Positions 53,785-63,585 of a stretch of 64,000 nt of DNA are shown here, one piece after another. The position numbers were made by a program, and so were the translations under genes. The stretch covers positions 32,001 through 96,000 of the forward strand of contig CAVQKE010000004.1 in assembly GCA_963713045.1 (NCBI GenBank). The letters are read 5' to 3'. The stretch is from an uncultured delta proteobacterium (GTDB lineage: Bacteria; Myxococcota; Myxococcia; Myxococcales; Myxococcaceae). The notes below the pieces were generated by a model that saw nothing but the letters and a program-made list of their open reading frames with translations, was not told where the DNA came from and did not search any database. Within the stretch, counting starts at the first letter, position 1. Every line of letters begins with the position of its first letter.

Positions 53785-54538
53785 GGCTTTTGCGTCTCTC
53801 TCGCGGGCCGAAGTCATCTTTGCCCGCCTCGAGTTCCTCACGGAAAAGAAACTTGTTCCCGGAGAAGATGGAGTCGAGCTCGCCGTTGCGCTCCTGTTTT
53901 GAGGTGAGAAGAGCGCTGTACACGTGGTGAATTACAAAGCCAAGAATCAGCCACATGACGACATGGTGAACGATGCGCGCTGTCTGGAGGCCCCCCACCA
54001 GCGGCGCCAAGCCGTGGAAAAGGTACATCGGGGACGTCACTGTGGCGCTTGCACCGTACAGCGCAAGTCCGGTCACAATCATCACCACGTAAAGGAAAAA
54101 CACACCGGTGTAGGCGAGACCAGCCACCGAATTGTGGGCAATTGCGCCCGGAGTCTCCACCGAGAAGAAGGTGTAGAAGCGTAGGGTCCTTGCGAAATTG
54201 CGCCAGCGCTCGCGAGTCGTCGGGATGAACTGCCGCCAGGACGCCTGCTTGGGACCGATGAAGAACCACACCAGCCGGGCACAAAACGAAATAATAAAAA
54301 CGATGGCTGCGTAGAAGTGGATGGTCTTCATCCACCCCATGAGGAAGTGCGGCGTTGCCGGTCCAACCGAGCCCTGGAAGGGGTTGCCCATGTACAGGCC
54401 GGTGATGGCGAGGACGAGGATGCTCCCGGCAATGAGCCAATGCACGCTGCGGATGACGGCATCCCAGACGTAGACCCGAACGCGAGGTTCCTCCTCGGTA
54501 TGGAGCACCCACGTCCTGTAGGCGCCTGCGGTGCTCAC
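53771..54538 (-). CDS. hyaC: Ni/Fe-hydrogenase b-type cytochrome subunit
   Basis: VYVWD..IRSVHW, IHF, HNSVAG, VHH...HHVY heme His; four TMs. Confidence 0.92.
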   Translation of the reverse strand: MSTAGAYRTWVLHTEEEPRVRVYVWDAVIRSVHWLIAGSILVLAITGLYMGNPFQGSVGPATPHFLMGWMKTIHFYAAIVFIISFCARLVWFFIGPKQASWRQFIPTTRERWRNFARTLRFYTFFSVETPGAIAHNSVAGLAYTGVFFLYVVMIVTGLALYGASATVTSPMYLFHGLAPLVGGLQTARIVHHVVMWLILGFVIHHVYSALLTSKQERNGELDSIFSGNKFLFREELEAGKDDFGPRERRKSHVRA

Positions 54539-56239
54539 GGCCGCCTCACCCGCGCCAACTCGCGTTTATGGACATCGACGACATGGACTCCGCACGCCAT
54601 GCACGGGTCGAAGGAGTGCACCGTTCGGAGAATTTCCAGGGGTTGCTCAGGAATTGCCACCGGCGTCCCAAGCAGCGATGCCTCGTATGGACCGCGTTTT
54701 CCTGCTTCATCTCGCGGTCCAGCGTTCCAAGTGCTCGGAACCACGCACTGATAATTGACGATGACACCGTCTTTGATGTGCACCCAGTGACCGAGCGCGC
54801 CCCGCGGCGCCTCATGGTAGCCGGCGCCGAAGGCCTCCTTCGGCCAACTGGACGGGTTCCACTTGGCGTTGTCTTGTATCCGCAAGTCGCCGGACCCCAT
54901 GTTGTCCGCCAACGCGCTAATCCAGCCGTCCATCTTTTCAGCCAGCAGGACGGTCTCGATGCAGCGCGCCGCGATGCGCCCCAGCGTCGAGAACAGTGCT
55001 TCAGGTCCCACCTTGAGGTGCCCTAGCACGTCCCCACCAACTCGCGGACGCGCGCGTGTCCCGAGCCATACGCCACCAGCATGCGGGCCAACGGCCCGAC
55101 CTCCATCGCTTCGCCGGAATAGCGCGGAGACTTCAACCAACTGTACTTCTGGGCGAGGTCCAGGCGTTCATAGGGAGGTTGCGGTCCGGTGTAGTGGGGT
55201 AGCGTCTCGCCCTGCGAGGGGTGAAGCGGCTTGTCGTCGCCGCCGGAATAGTCATACCAAGCGTGCTTGACCGACTCGGTAATATGATTCGGTTCCAGTG
55301 CCAAAACCTTCCCGATGTCTTGTTTTAGAATGATTCCCGCGGGGAGAAACAGCCGAGGGTTGGGCCCGTCTTCTTCCGGGTACGCCCCGTAGGCCATGTA
55401 GTTGCCGACCCCGCTCCCGTAGCCTGCCCATTCCTTGTAGAAGGAGGCGATGGCGAGCACATCCGGCAAATAGACGCGCTTGACGAAGTCCTGCGCCTTG
55501 GCAGCCAGCGCACGGAGTTGGTCGATGCTTCCGATGTTCAGCGCTGCCTGACTGTTTGGGTCCACCGGGGTGGCCATTCCCCCCACGAGAAAGGATTGGA
55601 GGTGGGGGTTCTTGCCGCCAAGGATGGCGTGAATCTTGATGAATTCTCGTTGCCAATCCAAAGCTTCAAGATAATGGGCCACCGCCATGAGGTTCGCCTC
55701 CGGCGGGAGCTTGTAGGCAGGGTGGCCCCAGTAAGCGTTCGCGAACGGTCCGAGCTGGCCACGGTCGACGAATTCCTTCAGCCGCGTCTTGACGCCCGAG
55801 AAGTATTTGGTGCTCGACAGTGGCCAGTCGGAGATGGATTCGGCCAAGGTTGAGGTCTTGGCTGGGTCTGCCGAGAGTGCGGACACCACGTCCACCCAGT
55901 CCAACGCATGCAGATGGTAGAAATGGATGACGTGGTCCTGGAGCACTGGGCCGCGTTAATCATGTTCTGAGGATTCGCGCGTTGGGCGGCGGGGTCGCCC
56001 CGATTGCATTTTCGACCGCCCGGATGGACGCGATGGCGTGAACCGTGGTGCAAACGCCGCAGATGCGCTGGGTGAAGGCCCAAGCGTCACGTGGGTCGCG
56101 CCCTCTTGAGGATGATCTCGATGCCACGAAACATCGTGGACGAGGACCAGGCGTCCTTCACTTGCCCGCCATCCACCTCTGCCTCGATGCGAAGGTGCCC
56201 TTCAATGCGGGTGACGGGATCGACAACCACGTGTGTCAT
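54535..56239 (-). CDS. hyaB: [NiFe]-hydrogenase group 1 large subunit, interrupted by about 4 single-base indels (near 56104, 55968, 55947, 55030)
   Basis: [20 protein letters not shown] (L1), [31 protein letters not shown] (L2) plus cleavable C-terminal extension, spread over several frames. Confidence 0.9.
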
Positions 56240-57381
56240 GGCGCTTCTCCCAGGCGACGGTTGAGGTCGGCGATGGCGGCTGGCTCGGCGGCTCGGTGTC
56301 GGGCCCCTCATGAGTCGCGAGGCGGTGCTGGACGAGTTTGCCACGGCGTGTGCGCGCGAAGGCAGCGCGATGCCCGCCGCCAGCCAGACACCGACGGTGT
56401 CAATACCGGCGGAAACGCCGAAGCCAGCCACGTTCGGCAAGTGCTTGTAGAAGGGTGTCATCTTGTCCCAGAAGTCCGGCTCTGCGCAGCCGATGCAGGG
56501 GTGGCCGCAGCCGATGGGCCAATTGGTGCCATCATTCCAGCGAACGTTGGGACAGTTCTGATGGGTGACCGGCCCCTTGCAGCCCATCTTGAAGAGGCAG
56601 TACCCCTCCCGGTGCCCTTGGTCGCCCCAGGCCTCAACATACTGGCCAGCATCGAAGTGAGCGCGCCGCTCGCAGGCGTCGTGAATGCCGTGCCATAGGC
56701 GAACAGCGGCCGACCGACCCCGTCCACTGGCGGCCAACGCTTGAAGGTGAGGTAGTAGCTGATGAGGGCCACCATGTTTGCCGCATTGGCTGGGCAGGCG
56801 GAAAGGTTGATGAGGTTCTTGACGCCCGGGACCGCGTCGGCGACTCCCAGAGCACCGGTCGGATTGGGTGCCGCGGCTGGGAGGCCCCCGTACGTGGCGC
56901 AAGTGCCCATGGCAATCGTTGCCGCTGCACCGCCACACACCTCTCGAGCGATGGAGAGCGCCGACTTTCCACCGATGGTGCAGTAGGCACCGCCAGCGCC
57001 CGTCGGGATGGAACCCTCGACGACGGCCAGGTACTCGCCTTTGTTCGTCTTGACGACGTTGGCCAGTGCGGCCTCTGCCTGTTGGCCGGCCGCCGCCATG
57101 ATGGTCTCGTGGTAGTCGAGCGAGAGAAGGTCCAGAATCACCTCGCCGACCGTGGGCGCGCTGGACCGGAGAAACGACTCCGTGTTTCCGCAGCAGTCCT
57201 GGAATTCCAGCCAGACGAGGATTGGTTTCTTGGTCTTACTTAAGGCAGCTGCGATTTTTGTCGCGGCCGAGCCAGGGAGCGCGAATGTGCTCGCGATTCC
57301 GGCACAAAAAAGGACGAATTCCCGTCGGCTTATGCCCCGCCGCTTCAGCTCTCCAATCAGCCACCCCTCTTCGGTACCCAT
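56236..57381 (-). CDS. hyaA: [NiFe]-hydrogenase small subunit (Tat signal, C-terminal anchor), frameshifted near 56690 and 56360
   Basis: SRREFVLFC, WLEFQDCCGNTES, GTCATYGG, SACP, HDACERR, CLFKMGCKGP, NCP, GHPCIGC. Confidence 0.9.
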
Positions 57382-57446
57382 CGCTGCCTCCGGGGATTCT
57401 GGGCCCCACGTCAGCTGCTTTGCGCCACGCTCTTCTAGGTGGGTGC

Positions 57447-57462
57447 TGCAAGACTAGGACCG
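57447..57462 (-). promoter_or_regulatory. Putative sigma54 -24/-12 promoter of the hydrogenase structural genes
   Basis: CGGTCCTAGTCTTGCA = GG-N8-TTGCA. Confidence 0.55.
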
Positions 57463-57499
57463 TCTCCCCAGCCCCGAACGTCCGGGGGGAAACCCGCTC

Positions 57500-57893
57500 T
57501 CAGTCGCCAAAACGTGCGTTGGTACCCGTGCTTGCCCGCAAAGTGTGCGGGTCCGGTACCTCGAGTTCGATGCGCTCGAGCATCAATTCATCCCCGGTCG
57601 AAAGGCTGCCCGGCACATCGCAGTCTGGGCACCTGAGGACAGCTCCCCGGGCCATCGGGCGAGCGCACTTCGGACACACCCAACGCGCTTCGACCCAATG
57701 GATGACGAGCTCTGTCTCAGGACAGTGGCCGGCAGCACGAAATGTTTCGAAGGCGGTGGCGAAGAGATTTGGGTCCACACCGGCCAGCTCTCCGATGCCA
57801 ACGGTGACCTTTCGCACCGCCGTGGCTCCGCGGGCACGTGCCTGAGCGGTCATTTGGTCGAGGAGAATCCCCCACGAGCGAGTATTCGTGCAT
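57500..57893 (-). CDS. hypA: Hydrogenase nickel metallochaperone HypA, frameshifted in a G5 run (57869-57873)
   Basis: MHEYSLV, then shifted ILLDQM...IGELAGV...CPKC...CPDC...GDELMLERIELEV. Confidence 0.9.
57537..57549. promoter_or_regulatory. Dyad CGCA-N5-TGCG, candidate enhancer upstream of hyaA
   Basis: CGCAAAGTGTGCG; weaker copy GCCAAAACGTGCG at 57506-57518. Confidence 0.4.
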
Positions 57894-57895
57894 CG

Positions 57896-58735
57896 TCAGA
57901 CCTGCGGGAAACGGGGGCTCCGCTTGGCGAAAAACGCCTCCAGACCTTCACTGAACTCGGGTCCATCCGCGCTGCGAACCAGGTTCTCCAGCTCTTGGTC
58001 GAGGTGGTAATCGAGGCGGTCCACTCCCGCAGCCTCGTTGAAGAGCGATTTGGCCATCCCATAAGCACGGGTGGGTCCGGCGGCCAAGCGCCTGGCGAGC
58101 GACAGGACTTCTGCGTCGAATCCTTCGGTGGGGAGTACGCCACTCACCAAACGGGCTTGTTGTGCCGCCCGAGCGTCGAGGCGAGGGTTGAGGAACAGCA
58201 TGTCCAATGCGAAGCGCAGACCAACGAGCTTCGGCAGAAAGAAGGTGGAGCTCTCCGCGCCGCTGAGCCCGGTTTTGGCGTAGGCCCATTCGAAACTGGC
58301 GCGCTCGGAAGCGAAGACCAGGTCGCATGCCATCGCCAGTCCAAACCCGCCGGCGGCACAGGCTCCATCCACCGCGGCGATGAATGGTTTTGGAGCGCGG
58401 CGAATCTCAGAAATGGTGCTGTGAAGGTATTCGAGGATTTGCTTGAAGACCTCTCCGTAGCCTCCCGGCACGGTTCGGGAGGCAGGGCTCAGGTAATGCA
58501 TCTTGGCGGCGTCGCCACCGGCCCGGATGAATTTCAAGTCTGCGCCGCTGCAGAACATTCCGGGAAGGCCACGCAGGACCACGGCCCGGACTTTGCGGTC
58601 GCGAGCCAGCTGGAGCCCCGCCTGGCGCAAATCCTGAGCGGTCTCCACGTCCAGCGAGTTGAAATGTTCCGGACGGTCGATGGTGAGAATTCCGACGCCT
58701 TCGTCCACTTCAATGTGGATGTGTTTCATGAACAT
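57896..58735 (-). CDS. Enoyl-CoA hydratase/isomerase (crotonase) family protein inside the hyp operon
   Basis: LTIDRPEHFNSL, FCSGADL, KPFIAAVDGACAAGGFGLAMACDL, EGLEAFFAKRSP; start probably ATG 58729. Confidence 0.9.
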   Translation of the reverse strand: MFMKHIHIEVDEGVGILTIDRPEHFNSLDVETAQDLRQAGLQLARDRKVRAVVLRGLPGMFCSGADLKFIRAGGDAAKMHYLSPASRTVPGGYGEVFKQILEYLHSTISEIRRAPKPFIAAVDGACAAGGFGLAMACDLVFASERASFEWAYAKTGLSGAESSTFFLPKLVGLRFALDMLFLNPRLDARAAQQARLVSGVLPTEGFDAEVLSLARRLAAGPTRAYGMAKSLFNEAAGVDRLDYHLDQELENLVRSADGPEFSEGLEAFFAKRSPRFPQV

Positions 58736-58739
58736 CTCC

Positions 58740-59774
58740 TCAACAGATTCGCGGGAGCGGTTCGCCCTCTGGCTCAGTGAGCAGTCGCCGGCCCAGTCCA
58801 GTGTCTAGAATCACCCGACCGAGGTGCTCACCGATGCAAGTGCCGACGATGGCCGCCTTCTGGCCGAGCGGATGGGAGCGCAACGCAGCCAGCACGCGCT
58901 CCGCCGATTCTGGCCGCACGCCGAGGACAGCCTTTCCTTCGTTGGCCACGTGAAGCGGGTCGATGCCAAGAAGCTCTGCCGCTGCGCGGACCGGTTCCGT
59001 GAGGGGCACCCGACCTTCTTCCAAGACCACCCCGACACCGCTCTTCTCGGCCATCTCGTGCAGGGCGCTGGCCAACCCGCCTCGGGTGGGATCCTTCATC
59101 GCGACAACATCGGCGCCGCCAGCGACGAGGGCCAACCGAATGAGCTCGTTAATCGGAGCCACGTCGGAAAGAAGGTCCCCTTGCAGAGCCAGCTTGTGCC
59201 GCGCCGCAAGCACCGCGAAGCCATGGTCCCCCATGGTGCCGGAGACCAGCACCCGGTCTCCCGGTCGAAGCCCATTGTCTCGAACGACACGGTCGGTGAA
59301 CGCGACGCCCGCCGTGTTGAGGACCAGACCATCGAGCTCGCCTCGACCCATGACTTTGGTGTCCCCGGTGACGATGGGTGCCCGCGCCTCGCGCGAGGTA
59401 GCACGGATGGAAGCCTGTATCCGCACAAGGTCCGCCGAGGGGAAGCCATCCTCGATAATGACGGCACACGTTAAAGCGAGCGGTTCAGTGGCGCCCATCA
59501 TGGCCAGGTCGTTTACCGTCCCAGCGACCGAGAGTCGTCCGATGTCGCCACCAGGAAAAAAGAGTGGGTGGATGACGTGTGAGTCCGTGGTGAGGATGAG
59601 CCAGCGGCCTCCGACGGGAATGGCGGCGCCATCGTCCATGGCAGCCAGCCCCACGCCTTCGAATGGCATCTCGGACCCTTCGACGAAGACTTGCTCGATG
59701 AGAGTCCGCATCGCCCGGCCCCCTGCGCCGTGTTTCAGGGTGACGCGCTCGCCAATGGGCAGCTGGAGCTTCAT
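58740..59774 (-). CDS. hypE: Hydrogenase maturation protein HypE
   Basis: HGAGG, TTDSHV, GTVNDLAM, TGDTKV, KDPTRGG, ANEG, C-terminal PRIC. Confidence 0.96.
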   Translation of the reverse strand: MKLQLPIGERVTLKHGAGGRAMRTLIEQVFVEGSEMPFEGVGLAAMDDGAAIPVGGRWLILTTDSHVIHPLFFPGGDIGRLSVAGTVNDLAMMGATEPLALTCAVIIEDGFPSADLVRIQASIRATSREARAPIVTGDTKVMGRGELDGLVLNTAGVAFTDRVVRDNGLRPGDRVLVSGTMGDHGFAVLAARHKLALQGDLLSDVAPINELIRLALVAGGADVVAMKDPTRGGLASALHEMAEKSGVGVVLEEGRVPLTEPVRAAAELLGIDPLHVANEGKAVLGVRPESAERVLAALRSHPLGQKAAIVGTCIGEHLGRVILDTGLGRRLLTEPEGEPLPRIC

Positions 59775-60922
59775 GGGGTGACCTCCAAGGCTCGGTGAAG
59801 GTCCGGGTGACCGCCGTACTGATGCCAGATTTTACAAGTGCCCTCGCTGCTCACCATGCACGCCCCGACAGGAGTGTCCGGAAGGCACGCTTTCCCAAAG
59901 AGCGGGCAGTCGGTGGGGGACTTCAGACCCGCCATGATGTCACCGCAGACGCACTGTTGGACCAGAGTGGGTGGCGCGAAATTCCAGAGCTTGGCCAAGT
60001 CAATGTGAAATCGCCGCCGCGCGTCGAGGTGCGCCCACTCGTCGCGGAACCGGAGGTTGCCATTGGGTACATGGGCGATGCCGCGCCACCGGCCTCCGAG
60101 CGGTCGAAAGACTTTCCATAGCTGTGCCTGGGCAGCTTCGTTTCCCTCGCGAGTGACGCAGCGTGGGTACATGTTGTCGACTCTCGGAGTGCCACTGAGG
60201 ATGAGTTCCACCAGTCGCACCAAGCCGGCGAGCACGTCGAGTGGTTCAAAACCCGCCACCACGACCGGCAGCTGATGCCGATCAACAAAAGGCTCAAAGA
60301 CGCCCCAGCCGGTGATGGTGGCCGCGTGACCCGCCGCCAGAAAGCCCTCGACCCGCGTTTCCGGCATCTCGGCGACGATCTCCATCACCGGAGGGATGTA
60401 CTTGTGGGCGGAGAGGACGGAGAAGTTGGGGGGCGGCCCTCGCAGAACCTCCGCCGCAGTCGCCACCGCGGTGGTCTCGAACCCAGTGGCGAAGAAGACA
60501 ATCTCCTCACTGGTCTGCCGGGCCAACTCCACCGCTTGGGAGACGCTGTAGACGACATCAACATGAGCACCCAAGCCGCGCGCGTCGGCGAGGGAGCCAG
60601 CCGACCCCGGCACCTTGAGCATGTCCCCGTAGGTCGCGACCCGTACTCCCTGTTGCGCCAGGGCCACGCCCTCGTCCACCTCGGGGATGTCTGTGATGCA
60701 CACCGGACAACCGGGACCCATGATGACATCCAGCGCCTCCGGGAAGACATGCCGGAGCCCGAAGCGCGCGATGGCCTGCTCGTGGCTTCCACAGACGTGC
60801 ATCACTGCGACTGGCCGTCCCAACGCCGCGGTCAATTGCTCCAGTTTCTTGGCGAGCGTCTTTCCGCGCTCCGGATCCCGGAACTTGAGCTGCAGAGCGT
60901 CCCGTTCGGAAGCGAGGCTCAC
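59771..60922 (-). CDS. hypD: Hydrogenase maturation protein HypD
   Basis: HVCGSH, GPGCPVC, GFETT, GACMVSSEGTC. Confidence 0.96.
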   Translation of the reverse strand: MSLASERDALQLKFRDPERGKTLAKKLEQLTAALGRPVAVMHVCGSHEQAIARFGLRHVFPEALDVIMGPGCPVCITDIPEVDEGVALAQQGVRVATYGDMLKVPGSAGSLADARGLGAHVDVVYSVSQAVELARQTSEEIVFFATGFETTAVATAAEVLRGPPPNFSVLSAHKYIPPVMEIVAEMPETRVEGFLAAGHAATITGWGVFEPFVDRHQLPVVVAGFEPLDVLAGLVRLVELILSGTPRVDNMYPRCVTREGNEAAQAQLWKVFRPLGGRWRGIAHVPNGNLRFRDEWAHLDARRRFHIDLAKLWNFAPPTLVQQCVCGDIMAGLKSPTDCPLFGKACLPDTPVGACMVSSEGTCKIWHQYGGHPDLHRALEVTP

Positions 60923-61215
60923 GGCGTCTCCACCGTCCGAGGTCCCGCTGCCTGAAGCTCGGCACGGACGTCGGCAGCCATCAGGTCTTCCTCCGCTTCT
61001 ATACGGAGAAGGTCTTGATAGAGCTTCAGCGTCGCCAATCCCTCCTCGGCTGGGATGCGCCGGATGGCGAACCCGACGTGGTTGAGGATGTAGTCACCCG
61101 GCGTCACTGGCTCGTCGACGACATCGAGACGCACCTGTTTGCGGATGCCCCAGAAGTCGACAGTGGCCAGCAGCCCGTTCACTTCCACGACCTTGCCCGG
61201 GACGCCAAGACACAT
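60919..61215 (-). CDS. hypC: Hydrogenase maturation chaperone HypC
   Basis: MCLGVPG, HVGFA; GAGGA SD. Confidence 0.95.
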   Translation of the reverse strand: MCLGVPGKVVEVNGLLATVDFWGIRKQVRLDVVDEPVTPGDYILNHVGFAIRRIPAEEGLATLKLYQDLLRIEAEEDLMAADVRAELQAAGPRTVETP

Positions 61216-61219
61216 ACCT

Positions 61220-63512
61220 CTATCCTCCTCTTTCCTCTGCGCCTCGGGAGACAGCGTCGGCGACGAGTGCTTGCCCGAGGGCGATGCCCCCGTCCCCGGG
61301 TGGGACTTGCTGATGCAGTCGAACGTCAACGCCCGGTCCGAGCTCGGAAACAATCCCCTCGGCGAGGCGGGGGTTTTGGAAACAACCGCCGGTGAGCACC
61401 ACTGGCAATGGGCCCCGCGTTTCGAGGACCGCCCTCACCATCGCCGCTGTCCCACGGATGAGGGTGTTGTGAAAAGCCGCAGAGATGCTTGCCGGGTCAC
61501 GTCCAGCGATGAGGTCAGCGACTGCTTCCTGGACCATGCCCCTGAGGTCCAGGCGCCATGGGTCGCTCGTGCGGTCTAAATGGTAGCCATAGACTCGTGT
61601 CTCGGTGGGATCCGCGATGAGGTTCCAGGCCAACGCGACCTCGCCTTCGTAGCGGGCCTCGCTGCGCTGCAATCCCAGCGCTCCCATCGCGTCGAAATAG
61701 CGCCCAGCGCCATGAGAGGGGGGGTTGTTGAGTCCACCGGCCATGACTTGGCGCATCAGTGCCAAGCGCGGTTCGGAGATTGACCGAAAGAGAGGGATGT
61801 CCATCAACGGGGGCTGACCGTCGAAGGCGTCGTCGACCAGCGCCAGCGCAATTCGCCAAACCTCTCGAATGGCGCGATCCCCGCCCGGGAGTCGGATGGG
61901 CCACAGAGTTGCCAGGCGCTCAAAGCCAGCCAGCGTCGCCACCAGCACCTCTCCACCCCAGGATGTGCCGTCCGTGCCGTAGCCGGCGCCATCGAACGCG
62001 ACGCCCACCACCGGTCCCTCGAGGCCGTGCTCTGCCATGGCGCTGGCAACGTGCGCGTGGTGATGCTGGACCGGCACGTGGATCGGCTCCGGTCTCTGGC
62101 GTGCGAAAGCGGTCGAGACGTAGTCTGGGTGGAGGTCGTGCGCGATGACCTCAGGGCGAACATCAAAGAAGCGCTCCATCCGCGCGATGGCTTCGCCATA
62201 GGCCGCGAGGACCGTCGGGTCATCGAGGTCTCCGACATGCGGCCCGAGCACAGCCGAGTCGCCGAAGGCGAGACAGAATGTATTCTTCAGCTGTGCACCG
62301 CAGGCCAAGACGGGGCGTGTCAGCTTCCGCCCCAGTCGAATTGACCTGGGGACGTAGCCGCGCGATCGGCGCAGCATCAGCGGGGCCCCGTTGACCATCC
62401 GGGCCACCGAGTCATCGCACCGAGTGATGATCTCGCGGTCATGGACGAGGAAAAAATCGGCAATGTCGGAGATTCGGACCAGGTCCGTGTCCCGGTAGGC
62501 AATCGGTTCGTCGGAGAGGTTGGCGGACGTCATCACCAGCGGCCGCCCGATATCAGCCAGGAGCAGGTGGTGCAGCGGCGTATACGCAAGCATCAAACCC
62601 ACCAGGGGGTTCTGCGGCGCGATTTCGTCGGCGAGGCCCGAACTCTGCAGTCGCCTCACGAGAACAATGGGGCGTGCCGTGGATTGCAGCAGCTCGCACT
62701 CGGCATCGCTCAAGGCAGCCAGTCGCTGTGCCTCGGCAACTGTGCGCACCATCACCGCAAATGGTTTCGCGTCGCGCCGTTTGCGCAGCCGTAGCTCGGT
62801 AACGGCTTCCGGGGCAGTTGCATCGCACGCCAGGTGGAATCCGCCGATGCCCTTCACCGCGACGATTTTGCCTCTCGTCAGTGCAGCGGCCGCGGACTGA
62901 ATCGCGTCCTTCGTCAGGACCTCTTCGCCGGAACGGGCGAGGAGTCGGAGCTGCGGGCCGCAGCAGGCGCAGGCGTTGGGCTGAGCGTGGAAGCGTCGGT
63001 CATCTGGGTCCTCGTACTCCCGCCGGCACTCCCCGGCACATTGGAAACTTCGCCATCGACGTGGCAGGCCTGTCGTAGGGCACGTCGAGGGCAATGGTGA
63101 ATCGGGGCCCGCAGTTGGTGCAGTTGGTAAATGGGTAGCGGTAGCGCCGGTTCCGCACGTCGAAAATCTCCGACACGCAGTCGCGACAGGTTGCAAGGTC
63201 CGGCGGAATCGACGGTTCGCGCAGCGCATTCGCTTGGCTGGCGCCGATGGTGAATGCCGCCTCGTTGCGTACTTCGATGGCTGTCCAGCTCAGCCGCCGG
63301 ATTGCTGCCGCCGGCGGGGGATTGGCCTCGATGGCGTGGAGAAAACGGTCCAGGGATTCCTGATTCCCGAAGGCATCGATGGTGACGCCCCGGCCGTCAT
63401 TGTGAACCTGGCCCTTGATGCCGAGCGTTTTCGCGATTCGGTAAATCCAGGGTCTAAAGCCGACTCCCTGCACCGTTCCGAGCACTTCGATTCGGCGGCC
63501 CTGGAGCTCCAT
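61220..63512 (-). CDS. hypF: Carbamoyltransferase HypF, frameshifted in a G4 run near 63030
   Basis: GTVQGVGFRP, CRDC, FTNCTNCGPRF, RRFHAQP, KGIGGFHL, HDLHP, QHHHAH, GDGGIALGQ. Confidence 0.93.
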
Positions 63513-63525
63513 GCGCTCTCATCCA

Positions 63526-63541
63526 AGCAAGACTGAGGCCA
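63526..63541 (-). promoter_or_regulatory. Putative sigma54 -24/-12 promoter of the hypFCDE operon
   Basis: TGGCCTCAGTCTTGCT versus consensus TGGCAC-N5-TTGCW. Confidence 0.6.
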
Positions 63542-63585
63542 GTCGCGTCGTGCTTGGAGGCTGAGCGTTTCCCGGGACCGTGGGC

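Noticed and set aside
54590..54615. Selenocysteine in the hydrogenase L2 motif, prompted by the selC-like relic
   Set aside because: L2 reads DPCMAC with Cys codons; no in-frame TGA
56087..56938. Apparent fusion ORF joining the small-subunit C-half to the large-subunit N-terminus
   Set aside because: Product of indels; SD-like GGGAG and an ATGA overlap at 56236-56239 indicate two separate genes
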